Shown piece after piece: positions 27,655 through 39,977 of a DNA stretch of 64,000 nt (the stretch's first letter is position 1; every line of letters begins with the position of its first letter). The stretch comes from Polyangia bacterium (GTDB lineage Bacteria; Myxococcota_A; Polyangia; JAAYKL01): NCBI GenBank assembly GCA_050304755.1, contig JBNLED010000252.1:2210-66209 (forward strand), in the 5' to 3' direction. The notes below the pieces were generated by a model. It was not told where the DNA came from, searched no databases, and was given only the letters and a program-made list of their open reading frames with translations. The position numbers and the translations under genes were made by a program.

Positions 27655-28095
27655 ATGGCCAAGCCAACCGAAGAATCGGTACGAGAAGCGTTCAAGCCCC
27701 ACCTGCGGGAGGGGGAGGAGCTGACCCATTTCGCCCTGGGGGTGAAGCAGCCCCACATTCTGCTCATCATGCTGCTGGTGGCGCTCGCCATCCTGCCGGG
27801 GCTCATCGCGGTGATCCTGCTCACCAAGAACTACTGTATCGGGTTGACCAACCAGCGGCTGATCGTGCTGCAAATCGCGAGCCTCGGCAACCTGACGGTC
27901 AAGGGGATCACCGAGTACTCGCTGGATGAGGTCAAGAAGATGGACATCAAGACCTCCACCGGGGGGCTCTTCACCCACTTCGATATCAAGGACCCGGGCA
28001 AGCCATTCAAGGCCAAATTCCACCGGGCCCTGGCGGGCTTCAACCGGCCGAACGCCATCGCCATCGCGGAGGCCATCACCGCGAAGGCGGCGTAG
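27655..28095 (+). CDS. Hypothetical membrane protein (TM hairpin plus PH-like domain)
   Basis: RBS GAGGAG; LREGEEL...IGLTNQRLIV pattern. Confidence 0.7.
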   Translation: MAKPTEESVREAFKPHLREGEELTHFALGVKQPHILLIMLLVALAILPGLIAVILLTKNYCIGLTNQRLIVLQIASLGNLTVKGITEYSLDEVKKMDIKTSTGGLFTHFDIKDPGKPFKAKFHRALAGFNRPNAIAIAEAITAKAA

Positions 28096-28097
28096 GT

Positions 28098-28346
28098 ATG
28101 AGCGCGAGCGCCTGCCCCTTCTGCGGCACCTCGGGCGCCGCCGCCCGGTGTCCCGGCTGCGGCCGCGATCCGACCCTGCCGCGGAGGGTCTGCCCCCGTT
28201 GCCACGAGATGACTCCTCAGAACGAGCGGACGTGCAGCCACTGCGGCGCCGGCCTGGGGAGCGATCTCTCCTGGAAGATCCCCCTCATCATCGGGATCTT
28301 CGTCGCGGCCTTCATCCTCTCCGTTATCCTTCATCTGGCCATGTAG
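28098..28346 (+). CDS. Double zinc-ribbon membrane protein
   Basis: Four CxxC pairs and a C-terminal TM helix; 2 bp after the upstream stop. Confidence 0.75.
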   Translation: MSASACPFCGTSGAAARCPGCGRDPTLPRRVCPRCHEMTPQNERTCSHCGAGLGSDLSWKIPLIIGIFVAAFILSVILHLAM

Positions 28347-28455
28347 CCGGGCCATCCACGGCCTCATCCGACTCGGATAGCGCTTTCTCCTTCCCGATTG
28401 CCTCACTCTGGCCTATAATGCGCGCGGTCTTCCACATCAAACCCCGGAGGGAGAA

Positions 28456-28929
28456 ATGATACACAAGAACAGAATAGGTCACCTTATCGCCGTCGTCCTC
28501 TGCCTGCTGGCGCTGCCGCTCGCCTCCTGCGACGGTGACGACAGCGACGCCGGGAACGACACCGGCGAGCCGCCCCCGCCCGACATGAACGGCGCGTGGG
28601 CCGGGCTCTGGAGCTCGGGGTCCCTCGGCAACAACATGGTCTTGAATGTCACCGACGCGAACGGCGAGCTCGCGGGAGATATCTCGTTCGATCTCTTCCC
28701 GTGCATGAGCGTCGCCACCATCAAGGGGACCCGGACCGACACCTCTTTCCAGTTCCAGGCCATCACCGGGCCCACCGTCGCAACCTTCGTCGGCAGCTTC
28801 ACCACCACCGCCACCGGCAAGGAGCTGACCGCTGACTTTACGTTCAACGAAGGCCCCTGTACCAACGAAAACGGTAAGATCAGTCTCACCGCGACCTCCC
28901 AGAAGCCGGCGGCGGATACGGCCCAGTAG
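28456..28929 (+). CDS. Hypothetical beta-rich lipoprotein
   Basis: RBS GGAGG, lipobox LASC, GAWAGLW. Confidence 0.75.
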   Translation: MIHKNRIGHLIAVVLCLLALPLASCDGDDSDAGNDTGEPPPPDMNGAWAGLWSSGSLGNNMVLNVTDANGELAGDISFDLFPCMSVATIKGTRTDTSFQFQAITGPTVATFVGSFTTTATGKELTADFTFNEGPCTNENGKISLTATSQKPAADTAQ

Positions 28930-28973
28930 CTCTCGGGGGTGATCCCGAGCCGATTCCCCCGTCGCCGCGGCGA

Positions 28974-31900
28974 TCACCTGCGCTTTTTGACTAGCCCCAT
29001 CTTCTCGATGCGGCGGTAGAAGGTCCGGCGGGCCATGCCGAGCTCCTCGGCGGCCTTGGTTCGGTTCCACTTGTTCCGGTCGAGGGCGGCCAGGATGCGG
29101 GCCTCCTCGTCGGCGTCTTTCTCCGGCGGCGAAGGCGCGGTCTCTCTCGTCGATCTCAACGATTCGAGCGGGGAGAAGATCTCCTCCTTCTGGATGGCGC
29201 CCACCCCCTCCCCCATGGCCAGGGTCCGTCGGAGCAACTGCTCCAACTCCCGCACATTCCCAGGCCAGTGGTGGGCGAGGAGCGCCGTGACGGCCCGCTT
29301 CGACAGGGGCCGGGTGGGCTGGTTGAACTGGGCCGCCTCCCGATCCAGGATGCGCCGTGCCAGGCTCGGGATGTCCGCCTTTCGGTCTCTGAGGGGCGGG
29401 AGCTCGACGGTGACCACCTGGAGTCGGTAGAGCAGATCCTGGCGGAGCGCCCCCTCCTCGACCAGCTGCTCCAGTGGCTGGCGGCTCGACGCCACGATCC
29501 GTACGTTAATCGATAACGTCGTGGATGAGCCGAGGGGGGTGAAGGACCCCTCCTGGAGCACCCGGAGGAGGTCCACCTGCATCCGGGGGGACATGTCGCC
29601 GATCTCGTCCAGGTAGAGGGTGCCCCCGTTCGCCGCCTGCAGGATGCCCGCCCGCTCCCGATCCGCGCCGGAGAACGCTCCCCGGGTGTGTCCGAAGAGG
29701 GTGGACTCCACCAGGGTCTCCGGGACGCTCCCGCAGTTGACGACCACGAAGGGGGCCTCCTTGAGGCGGCTCTGCTCGTGCATCACCCGGGCGAGGAGGT
29801 CCTTGCCCGTCCCGCTCTCCCCGATGAACACCACCGGCACGTCCAGATCCTTGATCCGCTCCACCAGCTCGAATACCTTGGTCATGGCGCGAGAGAGGCC
29901 CACCACGCCGTTGTAATCTCCCTCCCCCTCGAGCTGTTGCCGCATGCGCTCGACCCGCTCACGGGTGATCTGGAGATCGTGATCCCGGAGCTGCAGATCC
30001 TCCAGCTTCCGGTCGTAGGCGTCCTGGAGGGCCTGGCGCGCCTCCTCCAGCTCTGCGGCCCGCTCCCGCGCCTCCCGGATGAGCCGGGTTTGGGAGATGG
30101 CGATGGCCACCTGATCCGCGAACGCCGCCAGCACCCTGAGATCGCTTCCGCCGAACCGGCCCCGCCGGAGCCGGTTCTCGAGGTAGAGCACCCCAAGGGA
30201 TCGCCCTCGGTAGATCACGGGCATGCACGCCACGGACTTGAGCCGGAGCTCGTGGATGGACAGGAATTCATTAAACCGCTGATCGCTCATAGCGTCCACC
30301 GTAATCACCGGCTCCCCGTCCAGGTAGACGGACTCGGCGATGGAGCGGCTGAACTTGTCGTGGGGATCCTCGCTCTCCTCCTTCTTCAGATCCCGCGCGG
30401 CCTTGATCTCCAGATCGGCTCCCCCCTCCGCCGAGGGCATCAGGACGAGCCCCCGCTCCGCGCCGGTGAGCTCCACTGCGGCGTCCAGGATGAATTCCAG
30501 GAGGTGATCCAAATCGTGCTCGGTGAGGAGCCGCTTGTTGAACTCCAACACCCGGTAAAGGGCTCGGGCCTCCGCGTCCGGCGCCACGTCGGTGTCCGAG
30601 ATCAGCTGGGACGACGAGAACCCGGAGGAGGGGGTCAGCTCCGCCAGGGCGGTCCGCACCCTGGCGCGTTGCACGTCCTGCCAGAAGGCGATCCGGCGCT
30701 CCGCCGAGAGCCCGGCGGAGAGCTTGTCGAGGATCTCTTCTGCCTGCCGCAGCCGCCGGCGGGCCAGGAAGCCGGTATCTCCCGTCGTGAAGCCCCGCGC
30801 CGCGGCGGCGTGGGCCTGCCAGGCGAAGTCGAGGGGCCCCGCTTCGCTGGTCTTCGTCACCAGGTCGTCGAGCAAGGCGGTCCCCTGCTCGAGCCGTCCC
30901 TCCAGGACGAGGAGGGTTCCCCGCTGGAGCTGCAGCGACTCCGCGAACAGGCGCCCCTCCTCCTCCCGCTTCCTCTGGGAGGCCCGCTGGATGAGCACCC
31001 CGGCGTCTTTCAGATCCGCGGGCTCCCCCCGGAAGAGCAGACAGTTCGCCATAGCGAGCTCGATCTCCGGGATGATGGCGTGACGGTTCAGCCGGCTGAA
31101 CCCCTGCCGGACGGCCTCGTATCCCACCATGGCCTCGCGGACCTCTCCCTTGGCGGCGGCCAGGACCGCCAGGTGCCATCGCGCCCACAGGGAGAGCTCT
31201 TCGTGGCCCAGGCGAGTGGCCTCCTGATCGCTGCGGCTGAGCACGAGCTGCGCCCGCTCGAAGCATCCCAGCTTGATGAGGGCGAAGCCGTAGTTGTTGT
31301 AGACGCTGAGGCGGAGCACGGGGCTGGACACGGTCCGGGCCAACCGGACCGCCTGCTCGTAGTGGGCCAGCGCCGACCCCCAGCTCTCGAGCCACAGCTT
31401 CAGATCGCCGAGCACCAGCTGATCGCGCATGAGTCTCGGCAGATCGCCGAACTCCCGGTGGAGCATCATCGAGCGTTCGAGCTCCGCCGCGGCCCTGCGG
31501 TGGTCTCCGGAGCGCTGGTACACCCACGCCAGGATCCCGATGGCGAGCGCCATGGAGCGCCGGTCGCCGGCGAGCCGGGCGTCCGCCTCGGCTGCCTCGG
31601 CGTGTTTCAAGGCGTCCTCGAATCGCCCTTGGCTCACCACCGCCTTGGCGATCAGCCCCAACAGGTCTGCCCGCACCCGGTGCCCCCGCGGCACGTCCGT
31701 CAGACCGGACTCCGCCGAGGCGATGCAGGCCGCCGTGTCGCCCCGCTTGAACTCCACGTTCGCCAGCTCGAACCGTACCTCGGCGGTGGCGAGGGCGGTG
31801 GTCTGGATCTCGAGGGCCTTCGAGAGGCAGCGGGACGCGTCGTCGAGCGCCTCCCGCGCCGCGTGCAGGCGCCCGAGTAGCAACAGCGCGGTCGGCTTGA

Positions 31901-34112
31901 GGGTCTTGTCCCGCTTCTTGGTGAGGGGGGAGAGGTAGGCCTCCGCCACTTCGAGCTCTCCCTGGGCCAGGCACACCTCCCCCAGATCGAGGCTCACCAC
32001 ATCCGCCTCCGGCCGTCCGGACAGCGCGCCGCGCATCGACTCCAGGAGATGACGGGCCGCGTCCAGGGCGCCGAGGCGCTTCAGCGAACGGGCTACCGGA
32101 ATTCCCCGGTCGATGACCCGATCCAGGGCGCCGCAACCGGCGGCGTGGATGAGCATCCTCGCCTCGTCCGGCTCCACCGACATCGCCCCCCGGTGCAGCT
32201 CGCGGACCGTGTCCGGGGTCGCCGCCGCCAGCACCTCCTTGCCGAGGGGCCCGGTGCTCAGGTGCCACTCGGAGGCCGATCGCCGGATCCAGCCGGCGGC
32301 CTCCAGGGCAAAGAGAGCCCCCTCCAGCACGGCCTCCTCCTGCCCGGTGATCTCGGCGAGGTCCGAGAGCTCCGCCGGCCGGCCGAGGACCGCCACGGCC
32401 TCGATGGCCGTACGCTCCACCGCCGGAAGGGAGGTGAGCCGATCCCGCCAGTACATCTCGAGCTGCCGCGGGGGGCCCAGTCGCTCCAGCTCCTCCGCCC
32501 CTTTGCCGCGGGCGGCGAGATCCTTAAGGAGCGTCGTAACGAACAGGGGATTCCCTCCGGTGTGGGCGAGCACCCGCTCCACGATCTCCTTTTCCGAGGT
32601 CCCCAGGAAAGTCTTGACGAGGGGCGCGATCTGCTCCCTGGAGAGGACCGGGAGCGCGATGCTGTCCCCCTGCCCCAGGGCGTTTCGCCAGTCGAAGGAG
32701 GTTTCGGCGGTGACCAGGATCGCCACCGCGTCATTGGACTCCACCGCGGTGATGAGCCCCCGGAGCACGGTCAGGGTCTCCGGAGAGGCCTGCTCCACGT
32801 CGTCCACCGTCAGCACGAGCTTGGCGTCCTCGGCGATCTTGAGGAGGAGCTCCCCGGTCGCTTTGGTCAGACTGTCCAGGTGCGCCCCCTTGCTCCCGGG
32901 GTGCGTCATCAACTTCTGCAGTGTCTCTCCCTGGGCGGCGGTCTCCGGATCCCCCTCCAGGAAGAACAGCGCCTGGCCGATAACATCGGCGAAGGGGCGG
33001 AGCATTCCGCCGCCGCCGCAGCGGACCTCAAGCACGGGGATACCGCTGAGCTGCGCCCACCACTTGACCCCCCGGAGGACCGCGCTCTTGCCCGTCCCGA
33101 GCTGCCCCTCCACCACCAGGAGGGGGGACTCGTCGGAGGGGGCGAGCCGCCGTCCAATAGCCTCGCGGATTCGTTTCAGCTCCCGATCCCGTCCCACAGA
33201 TTCGCTGAGCATCGGATAGTCGGGGAGGGGATCCGGCGAGATCGCCTCCGGCGCCACCGCCGTGAGCGCGGCCTCCAACTCGAAGATGTCCGGAAAGCGA
33301 TCGTTCGCGCGCTTCGAGAGGAGCCGGGTGATGATGTGCTGCACCGCGGTGAGCCGCTCCCGGTCCGCCGATGGAACGACCCCCAGACGCCGCGGAGCGG
33401 GGGGCGAGGGGGGATTGGACAGGTGCCCGTGTATGATTTCCGTAACAGTCCCTTCAAACGGGGGGGCGCCGCTCAGGATCTCGAACATGGTCGCGCCGAG
33501 GGAGTAGAGGTCCGCCCGGGCGTCCGCCTGCTTTCCCTGGATCACCTCGGGCGACATGTAGGGGACGGTGCCCCGCCTCCTAGCGTCGTCATCGCTCCCG
33601 CGGACGAAGGAAAAGTCGATGAGCCGGGCCAGCCCGTCGGTGGAGCAGATGATATTCCCCGGTTTCAGGTCGCCGTGCACCAGCCCCCGCGCGTGTAGGG
33701 GCTTGAGGGCGCGACAGACATCGGCGAACAACGCCACGATGGACTCGAGGGACATGCCGGTGGAAGCGCTTCTCAGATCGTCTCCGGCGACATAGTCGCG
33801 GGTGAAGAAGACCCGGCCGTCCTCGGAGGCGCCGAAATCGTGGACATCCGATAATCGGGGGTGCTTCAGGCCGGCCAACGCCTCGAACTCGTGTCGGAAC
33901 GCCTTCCGCCACTCCGCGTTGGCTTGGGGTCTCAGAATCTTTAGGACCAGCAGACGGCCCGCGAGGAAGGCGTCTTCGACAAAGTGCACCACCCCCTGTC
34001 CCCCCTCTCCGAGCCGACGAACGTGTCGATATCGGCGCCTCAGCGAAGGGGAGAGCTCTCCTTGGTTTTGGTCTTCGGGCTGTAGTTTCGGTCGTGATGT
34101 ATTCTGTGCCAT
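28974..34112 (-). CDS. Ser/Thr kinase-ATPase-TPR-GAF-sigma54 enhancer-binding protein fusion
   Basis: LGEGGQG, HGDLKPGN, GTVPYMSPE; Walker A GQLGTGKS; TGGNPLF; TPR-like helices; GAF (GVLYLENR); GESGTGKD, GAFSGA, WPGNVREL; Fis-type HTH. Confidence 0.9.
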   Translation of the reverse strand: MAQNTSRPKLQPEDQNQGELSPSLRRRYRHVRRLGEGGQGVVHFVEDAFLAGRLLVLKILRPQANAEWRKAFRHEFEALAGLKHPRLSDVHDFGASEDGRVFFTRDYVAGDDLRSASTGMSLESIVALFADVCRALKPLHARGLVHGDLKPGNIICSTDGLARLIDFSFVRGSDDDARRRGTVPYMSPEVIQGKQADARADLYSLGATMFEILSGAPPFEGTVTEIIHGHLSNPPSPPAPRRLGVVPSADRERLTAVQHIITRLLSKRANDRFPDIFELEAALTAVAPEAISPDPLPDYPMLSESVGRDRELKRIREAIGRRLAPSDESPLLVVEGQLGTGKSAVLRGVKWWAQLSGIPVLEVRCGGGGMLRPFADVIGQALFFLEGDPETAAQGETLQKLMTHPGSKGAHLDSLTKATGELLLKIAEDAKLVLTVDDVEQASPETLTVLRGLITAVESNDAVAILVTAETSFDWRNALGQGDSIALPVLSREQIAPLVKTFLGTSEKEIVERVLAHTGGNPLFVTTLLKDLAARGKGAEELERLGPPRQLEMYWRDRLTSLPAVERTAIEAVAVLGRPAELSDLAEITGQEEAVLEGALFALEAAGWIRRSASEWHLSTGPLGKEVLAAATPDTVRELHRGAMSVEPDEARMLIHAAGCGALDRVIDRGIPVARSLKRLGALDAARHLLESMRGALSGRPEADVVSLDLGEVCLAQGELEVAEAYLSPLTKKRDKTLKPTALLLLGRLHAAREALDDASRCLSKALEIQTTALATAEVRFELANVEFKRGDTAACIASAESGLTDVPRGHRVRADLLGLIAKAVVSQGRFEDALKHAEAAEADARLAGDRRSMALAIGILAWVYQRSGDHRRAAAELERSMMLHREFGDLPRLMRDQLVLGDLKLWLESWGSALAHYEQAVRLARTVSSPVLRLSVYNNYGFALIKLGCFERAQLVLSRSDQEATRLGHEELSLWARWHLAVLAAAKGEVREAMVGYEAVRQGFSRLNRHAIIPEIELAMANCLLFRGEPADLKDAGVLIQRASQRKREEEGRLFAESLQLQRGTLLVLEGRLEQGTALLDDLVTKTSEAGPLDFAWQAHAAAARGFTTGDTGFLARRRLRQAEEILDKLSAGLSAERRIAFWQDVQRARVRTALAELTPSSGFSSSQLISDTDVAPDAEARALYRVLEFNKRLLTEHDLDHLLEFILDAAVELTGAERGLVLMPSAEGGADLEIKAARDLKKEESEDPHDKFSRSIAESVYLDGEPVITVDAMSDQRFNEFLSIHELRLKSVACMPVIYRGRSLGVLYLENRLRRGRFGGSDLRVLAAFADQVAIAISQTRLIREARERAAELEEARQALQDAYDRKLEDLQLRDHDLQITRERVERMRQQLEGEGDYNGVVGLSRAMTKVFELVERIKDLDVPVVFIGESGTGKDLLARVMHEQSRLKEAPFVVVNCGSVPETLVESTLFGHTRGAFSGADRERAGILQAANGGTLYLDEIGDMSPRMQVDLLRVLQEGSFTPLGSSTTLSINVRIVASSRQPLEQLVEEGALRQDLLYRLQVVTVELPPLRDRKADIPSLARRILDREAAQFNQPTRPLSKRAVTALLAHHWPGNVRELEQLLRRTLAMGEGVGAIQKEEIFSPLESLRSTRETAPSPPEKDADEEARILAALDRNKWNRTKAAEELGMARRTFYRRIEKMGLVKKRR

Positions 34113-34293
34113 GGCACAAATGATTAGGCAAAGTGTGCCATTTGGCAAGAAGTTGATGTGTATTCGCTGAAAAAAAGGAGAACCTGCAGAACATCGGAGG
34201 CGGGGCTTACCCCCTGGCATCGCCCTCTCATTGCTGATATGGTGTCCGGCATTATTGAACAGTATTCAAAAGAGCTTAGGAAAGGATATTTGA

Positions 34294-35682
<1,389 letters not shown>

Positions 35683-35907
35683 CACGGTCCATCACCGGTT
35701 CGGCTGGATCACGACTGATTGACCTCCTCGTTCAACACTCGAAAGTTTCGTTGTAATAGTGAAAAGAACATTCCAGCGGGGCGGGGAACTTTACCCGGCC
35801 GGGAGTGTCGGTAGCTTGCAGAACGCGTGGCTCTCCGGAGAGCAAATCAACCATAGATTAGGGACGCGCCCTCAACGGGAGTGGAGACGTCCGCGAGGAG
35901 TATCGTC

Positions 35908-38358
35908 ATGAAGAGAAAACATGGAAGTAAAGCGCCGAATGAACGGGCCGTTGAGATAAAGGTATTCTGGAACGACAATCTCGACGCCAGCATTCAACTG
36001 GAGAGTGGAGACAAGACCCGGTTCGTCATTGGGGAGGCGCCGGACTGCGACTACCCGGTCTCTCCCGATCGCCTCGGTCAGAGCGCCTTCACCCTGGTCT
36101 CCTCCGACCCACGGGGCCGGGTGGTGGCGCGCATCCCGGAGCAGGCCGCCGCCAGATCCGTCGATCCCTCGGGGCGGCGGGAGCGGCTGGAGCGGGGGAG
36201 CGTCCCCCTCGACCTGGTGGGCACGGTGGACGTCACCCTCGGCGTCCTCCGGTTCGAGATCGGTCTGGTGAAGGTGGAGGAGAGCTTCGCCCGGATCATG
36301 CGTCCCGAGAAGCGATGGACCGCGTTCGCCCTGGGATCCCTGGCGTTGCACGCGGCGTTCTTCTGCGTGGTGTGGCTGATGCCGCCGGAGATCGAAGACC
36401 CCATGCGCCGCATCGACTCGAACCGGATCGCCCGGTTCATGTTCACGCCGCCGGGGGTCACAGAAAACAATGTGCCGTCGATGGATCTCCGGATGTCCCG
36501 GTCGGTGTCCACGGCGCAGATGGCCCGGAGCAGCGGAATCCTCTCCTTCCTCCCCGCCGAGAGCCCGCCCGCTACGACAAACGATCCGGAGACGGCGTTG
36601 GGCGCCCTCGATGGGTCCCGGACGGACGGGAATCTCGGCTATGGCGGCCTCTCCATCCGCGGCACCGGACGGGGCGGCGGGGGAACCGGCGGCGGGAGCA
36701 TCGGTCTCGGCCAGCTGAACACCATCGGTCACGGGGGGGGCGGCGGCTCCGGCGCGGGGTACGGCCGGGGCGCCAACCACTACGGCATCCGGGGTCCCGG
36801 TCAGGCCCCCTTCGCCTTTCTGAACAACCCGGCGAAGGTCGCTCAGCCGGGCTTCAACACGGAGAGATACGCCCCCCTGGAGGACAACCCCTTCCTGCGG
36901 GTCTCCTCGAGCCCCCTCAGCACTTTCTCGATTGATGTGGACACGGCCTCCTACGCCAACATCCGGCGGTTCCTCCGGGAGAGCACGCCCCCCCCAAAGG
37001 ACGCGGTTCGCATCGAGGAGATCGTGAACTACTTCTCCTACGACTATCGGCCGCCGGCGAAGGACGCCCCCTTTTCCGTGCAGGTGGAGACCGCCGAATG
37101 TCCCTGGAACCGGGGCCACCGGCTGGCCCGCATCGGTCTCCGGGGGCTCGAGATCCGCGATGGGGAGCGGGCCCCGGCCAACCTGGTCTTCCTCATCGAC
37201 GTCTCCGGATCGATGCAGGCCGGGAACAAGCTGTCGCTGTTGAAGCGCGCCATGAAGATGCTGGTCAGGACCCTCGATGAGCGGGACCGGGTCGCCATCG
37301 CGGTGTACGCCGGGGCCTCCGGGCTGGTGCTGGACAGCACCCCCGCGAGCGACCGGCAGGCGATCATCGACGCCATCGACCGCCTCTCGGCGGGCGGATC
37401 CACCAACGGCGGGGCGGGGATCCGGCTGGCCTACGACACCGCGCGACGCCATTTCGACAAGCGGGGCATCAACCGGGTGATCCTGGCGACGGACGGAGAC
37501 TTCAACGTGGGGGTCACCGGCATCGGTGAGCTGGTGCGGCTGATCGAGCAGAAGGCCGAGATCGGCGTGTTCCTGTCAGTGCTCGGCTTCGGGATGGGGA
37601 ACTACAACGACGCGGGGTTGGAACAGTTGGCGGACAAGGGCAACGGCAACTACGCCTACATCGACACGGAGAAGGAGGCGCGGAAGGTGCTCGTCGAGGA
37701 GATCAACGGGACCCTCCAGACCATCGCCAAGGACGTCAAGATTCAGGTGGAGTTCAACCCCGAGCGGGTGGCATCCTACCGCCTCATCGGATACGAGAAC
37801 CGCATGCTCGAGGCGCGGGACTTCAACGACGACAAGAAGGACGCCGGCGAGATCGGAGCGGGGCATACGGTCACGGCGCTCTACGAGCTCACCCCGGTGG
37901 GGCCGACAACGGCGATGCGCGAGGTGGACCCCCTCAAGTACCAGACCTCGAGCCTCACGGAGGCGGCCGGGAGCGGGGAGCTCTTCACCCTGAAGCTCCG
38001 CTACAAGAAGCCGGACGGGAAGAAGAGCGAGCTTCTGACCTACACCGTGAACGACGATCCCGCCGATATCGCCAAGGCCTCGGCGGACTTCAAGTTCGCC
38101 GCCGCCGCCGCGGGGTTCGGCATGCTGCTCCGCGACTCTCCCCATAAGGGAGACGCCGACTTCGACACTGTCCTCGAGCTGGCCCGGCAGGGCCGGGGGC
38201 CGGACCGGCACGGCCACCGGAAGGAGTTCCTGGAGGTGGTGGAGCAGGCCCGCCGGATCATCAAGGTCAGCACCGCGAGCCGGATCGCGTGCGACGCCGA
38301 CCCCCAAGGCCCCCCTGAGAATTCTGCCGCGTGCCTGCTGGAAGAGAACCAATCCTAA
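35908..38358 (+). CDS. YfbK-like VWA protein with AgmX/PglI-like N-terminal membrane region
   Basis: STFSIDVDTASY, NLVFLIDVSGSM, LATDGDFNVG, GNGNYAYID, DDKKDAGEIGAGH; N-terminal TM plus Gly-rich GIGLG-type segment; start could be GTG 35881. Confidence 0.88.
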   Translation: MKRKHGSKAPNERAVEIKVFWNDNLDASIQLESGDKTRFVIGEAPDCDYPVSPDRLGQSAFTLVSSDPRGRVVARIPEQAAARSVDPSGRRERLERGSVPLDLVGTVDVTLGVLRFEIGLVKVEESFARIMRPEKRWTAFALGSLALHAAFFCVVWLMPPEIEDPMRRIDSNRIARFMFTPPGVTENNVPSMDLRMSRSVSTAQMARSSGILSFLPAESPPATTNDPETALGALDGSRTDGNLGYGGLSIRGTGRGGGGTGGGSIGLGQLNTIGHGGGGGSGAGYGRGANHYGIRGPGQAPFAFLNNPAKVAQPGFNTERYAPLEDNPFLRVSSSPLSTFSIDVDTASYANIRRFLRESTPPPKDAVRIEEIVNYFSYDYRPPAKDAPFSVQVETAECPWNRGHRLARIGLRGLEIRDGERAPANLVFLIDVSGSMQAGNKLSLLKRAMKMLVRTLDERDRVAIAVYAGASGLVLDSTPASDRQAIIDAIDRLSAGGSTNGGAGIRLAYDTARRHFDKRGINRVILATDGDFNVGVTGIGELVRLIEQKAEIGVFLSVLGFGMGNYNDAGLEQLADKGNGNYAYIDTEKEARKVLVEEINGTLQTIAKDVKIQVEFNPERVASYRLIGYENRMLEARDFNDDKKDAGEIGAGHTVTALYELTPVGPTTAMREVDPLKYQTSSLTEAAGSGELFTLKLRYKKPDGKKSELLTYTVNDDPADIAKASADFKFAAAAAGFGMLLRDSPHKGDADFDTVLELARQGRGPDRHGHRKEFLEVVEQARRIIKVSTASRIACDADPQGPPENSAACLLEENQS

Positions 38359-38365
38359 CAACCCG

Positions 38366-39730
38366 TCAGCGCGACTTCACGCCTTCCCCGAAGCTCAGCA
38401 GCCACCTCCGAGACAAGACGAGCCCCAAGGGGCTGACGCAGGCGATGACCCCGTAAATGAGCCACAGCGTACCGCTGTCCTGCGGACCGGACTCTGGGAT
38501 GAACCGCTCGAGGAGCGTGCCGGAGTAGAGGCCGGTGGTGAACTTGGCGAGGAACCACGGGATGCCCGCCAGCCCCATGTAGGCCCCCACCTTGCCGGCG
38601 GGGGCGAGCTCCGCCACGAACTCGAGGAAGCGGGAGGACCAGACGGCCTCGCCGAGCGAGAAGACGACGACGTACAGAAGCAGCGCGTGGAAGGCGGGGC
38701 CGGGCACCAGGACGAAGGTGGTGAGGGCGGAGACGACAGTACCGATGATCATCATGTCGATCACCTTGACCCGTTGCGTGAAGGTGGCGATGAGCGGGAC
38801 GAACACCACGATGATGATGGGGTTGAGCCCGTTGATCCATTCGAACTTGGCGCTCACCGCCTCGGGGTAGGCCCGGAATACGTAGTCCGGCATGGTGAGG
38901 AACTGGTGGGCGAAGAGGGTCCTCACCGGCAGCAGGATGAAGATGAAGAACATGAACCGCCGGTCCAGGAACGGGAGCTCGAGGAGCCGCTCCGAAAGGG
39001 ACCTCTCTTGAGTCGGGAGGCTCTCTCGAGCGGGCGCTGTCCGGCAGCGGTCCTCCACCCGTTTCGTGAAGAGGGTCATGTGGACTAGGAGCACGAGGGC
39101 GGTGATGGAGACGCACATCCAGTAGACACCGTCGATGCCCCAGCCGAGGCCGATGATCTCCGTGAAGCCGAGGTCGAGGAACATCTCGTCGGTTCGGATG
39201 AAGGGGGAGATGAAGTGCTCGGCCACGATGCCGAGGTTCATGATGGCGTAGAGCAGGCTGTAACCGATCGTGGCGGTTCGGGGATCGGTGTACTCCTTGA
39301 TGCCCGCGTAGAGCGCCGGCTGCAGCACCCCGGTGCCGAGGGCCATGAGAAGCAGACCGAGCCAGGCGGTGCCGTGAGCGAGCCCGCCGGTCCCTGACAC
39401 CACCGCGCCGGACAGGAGGACGCGGCCGACGGCGATGACGAGGAGGGAGACGGTCAGGGCGCGGCGGACCCCGAGCCGGTCGGAGACGAAGCCCCCGCCG
39501 AACATGAACAGGGTGACCATGCCGGTGTAGAAGGAGACCGTGATCCCCGTGACCTGATCGGACATCCCGAGCCGGGCGCCCAGGAACCGGGTGAGCAGCA
39601 CCAGCATCCCGAAGTAGGCGACGCCGTCCCCGAAGTTGACCAGGTTCACGCACCAGAACCCCCGGGACGCCGTGAGCAGCATCCGGTAGGTCTCCCGAAT
39701 GGTGAGCTTCTGTTCCGGTCGATCAGGCAT
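38366..39730 (-). CDS. MFS transporter (POT/peptide transporter-like)
   Basis: GGFVSDRLGVRRAL motif A, YAIMNLG, about 12 TMs. Confidence 0.85.
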   Translation of the reverse strand: MPDRPEQKLTIRETYRMLLTASRGFWCVNLVNFGDGVAYFGMLVLLTRFLGARLGMSDQVTGITVSFYTGMVTLFMFGGGFVSDRLGVRRALTVSLLVIAVGRVLLSGAVVSGTGGLAHGTAWLGLLLMALGTGVLQPALYAGIKEYTDPRTATIGYSLLYAIMNLGIVAEHFISPFIRTDEMFLDLGFTEIIGLGWGIDGVYWMCVSITALVLLVHMTLFTKRVEDRCRTAPARESLPTQERSLSERLLELPFLDRRFMFFIFILLPVRTLFAHQFLTMPDYVFRAYPEAVSAKFEWINGLNPIIIVVFVPLIATFTQRVKVIDMMIIGTVVSALTTFVLVPGPAFHALLLYVVVFSLGEAVWSSRFLEFVAELAPAGKVGAYMGLAGIPWFLAKFTTGLYSGTLLERFIPESGPQDSGTLWLIYGVIACVSPLGLVLSRRWLLSFGEGVKSR

Positions 39731-39977
39731 CCTCGAGAGGCATATCAAATAAAGTGATTTCTGGAAACGCATCTGAAGAAAACGCCTCCGGACACCTACA
39801 AAGTCGGACCTCTCAACAGATGAGCTTCGAGTCGCCGGTGAGGGCTCGGTCTGCGGGGCCGAGGACTGTTCGAGTCGTCTTTGACGGCAGGACGAATGAC
39901 GATGTCTGAGTTCCGCAGGCCCCGCGGGCTGAGCCCTCACCGGCGGCGCTGGTCGTGGACAGACGCTTGTTGCGGGG

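Noticed and set aside
34100-34250. Sigma54 -24/-12 promoter from several TGGCA motifs
   Set aside because: None of the motifs checked has the required GG-N10-GC spacing
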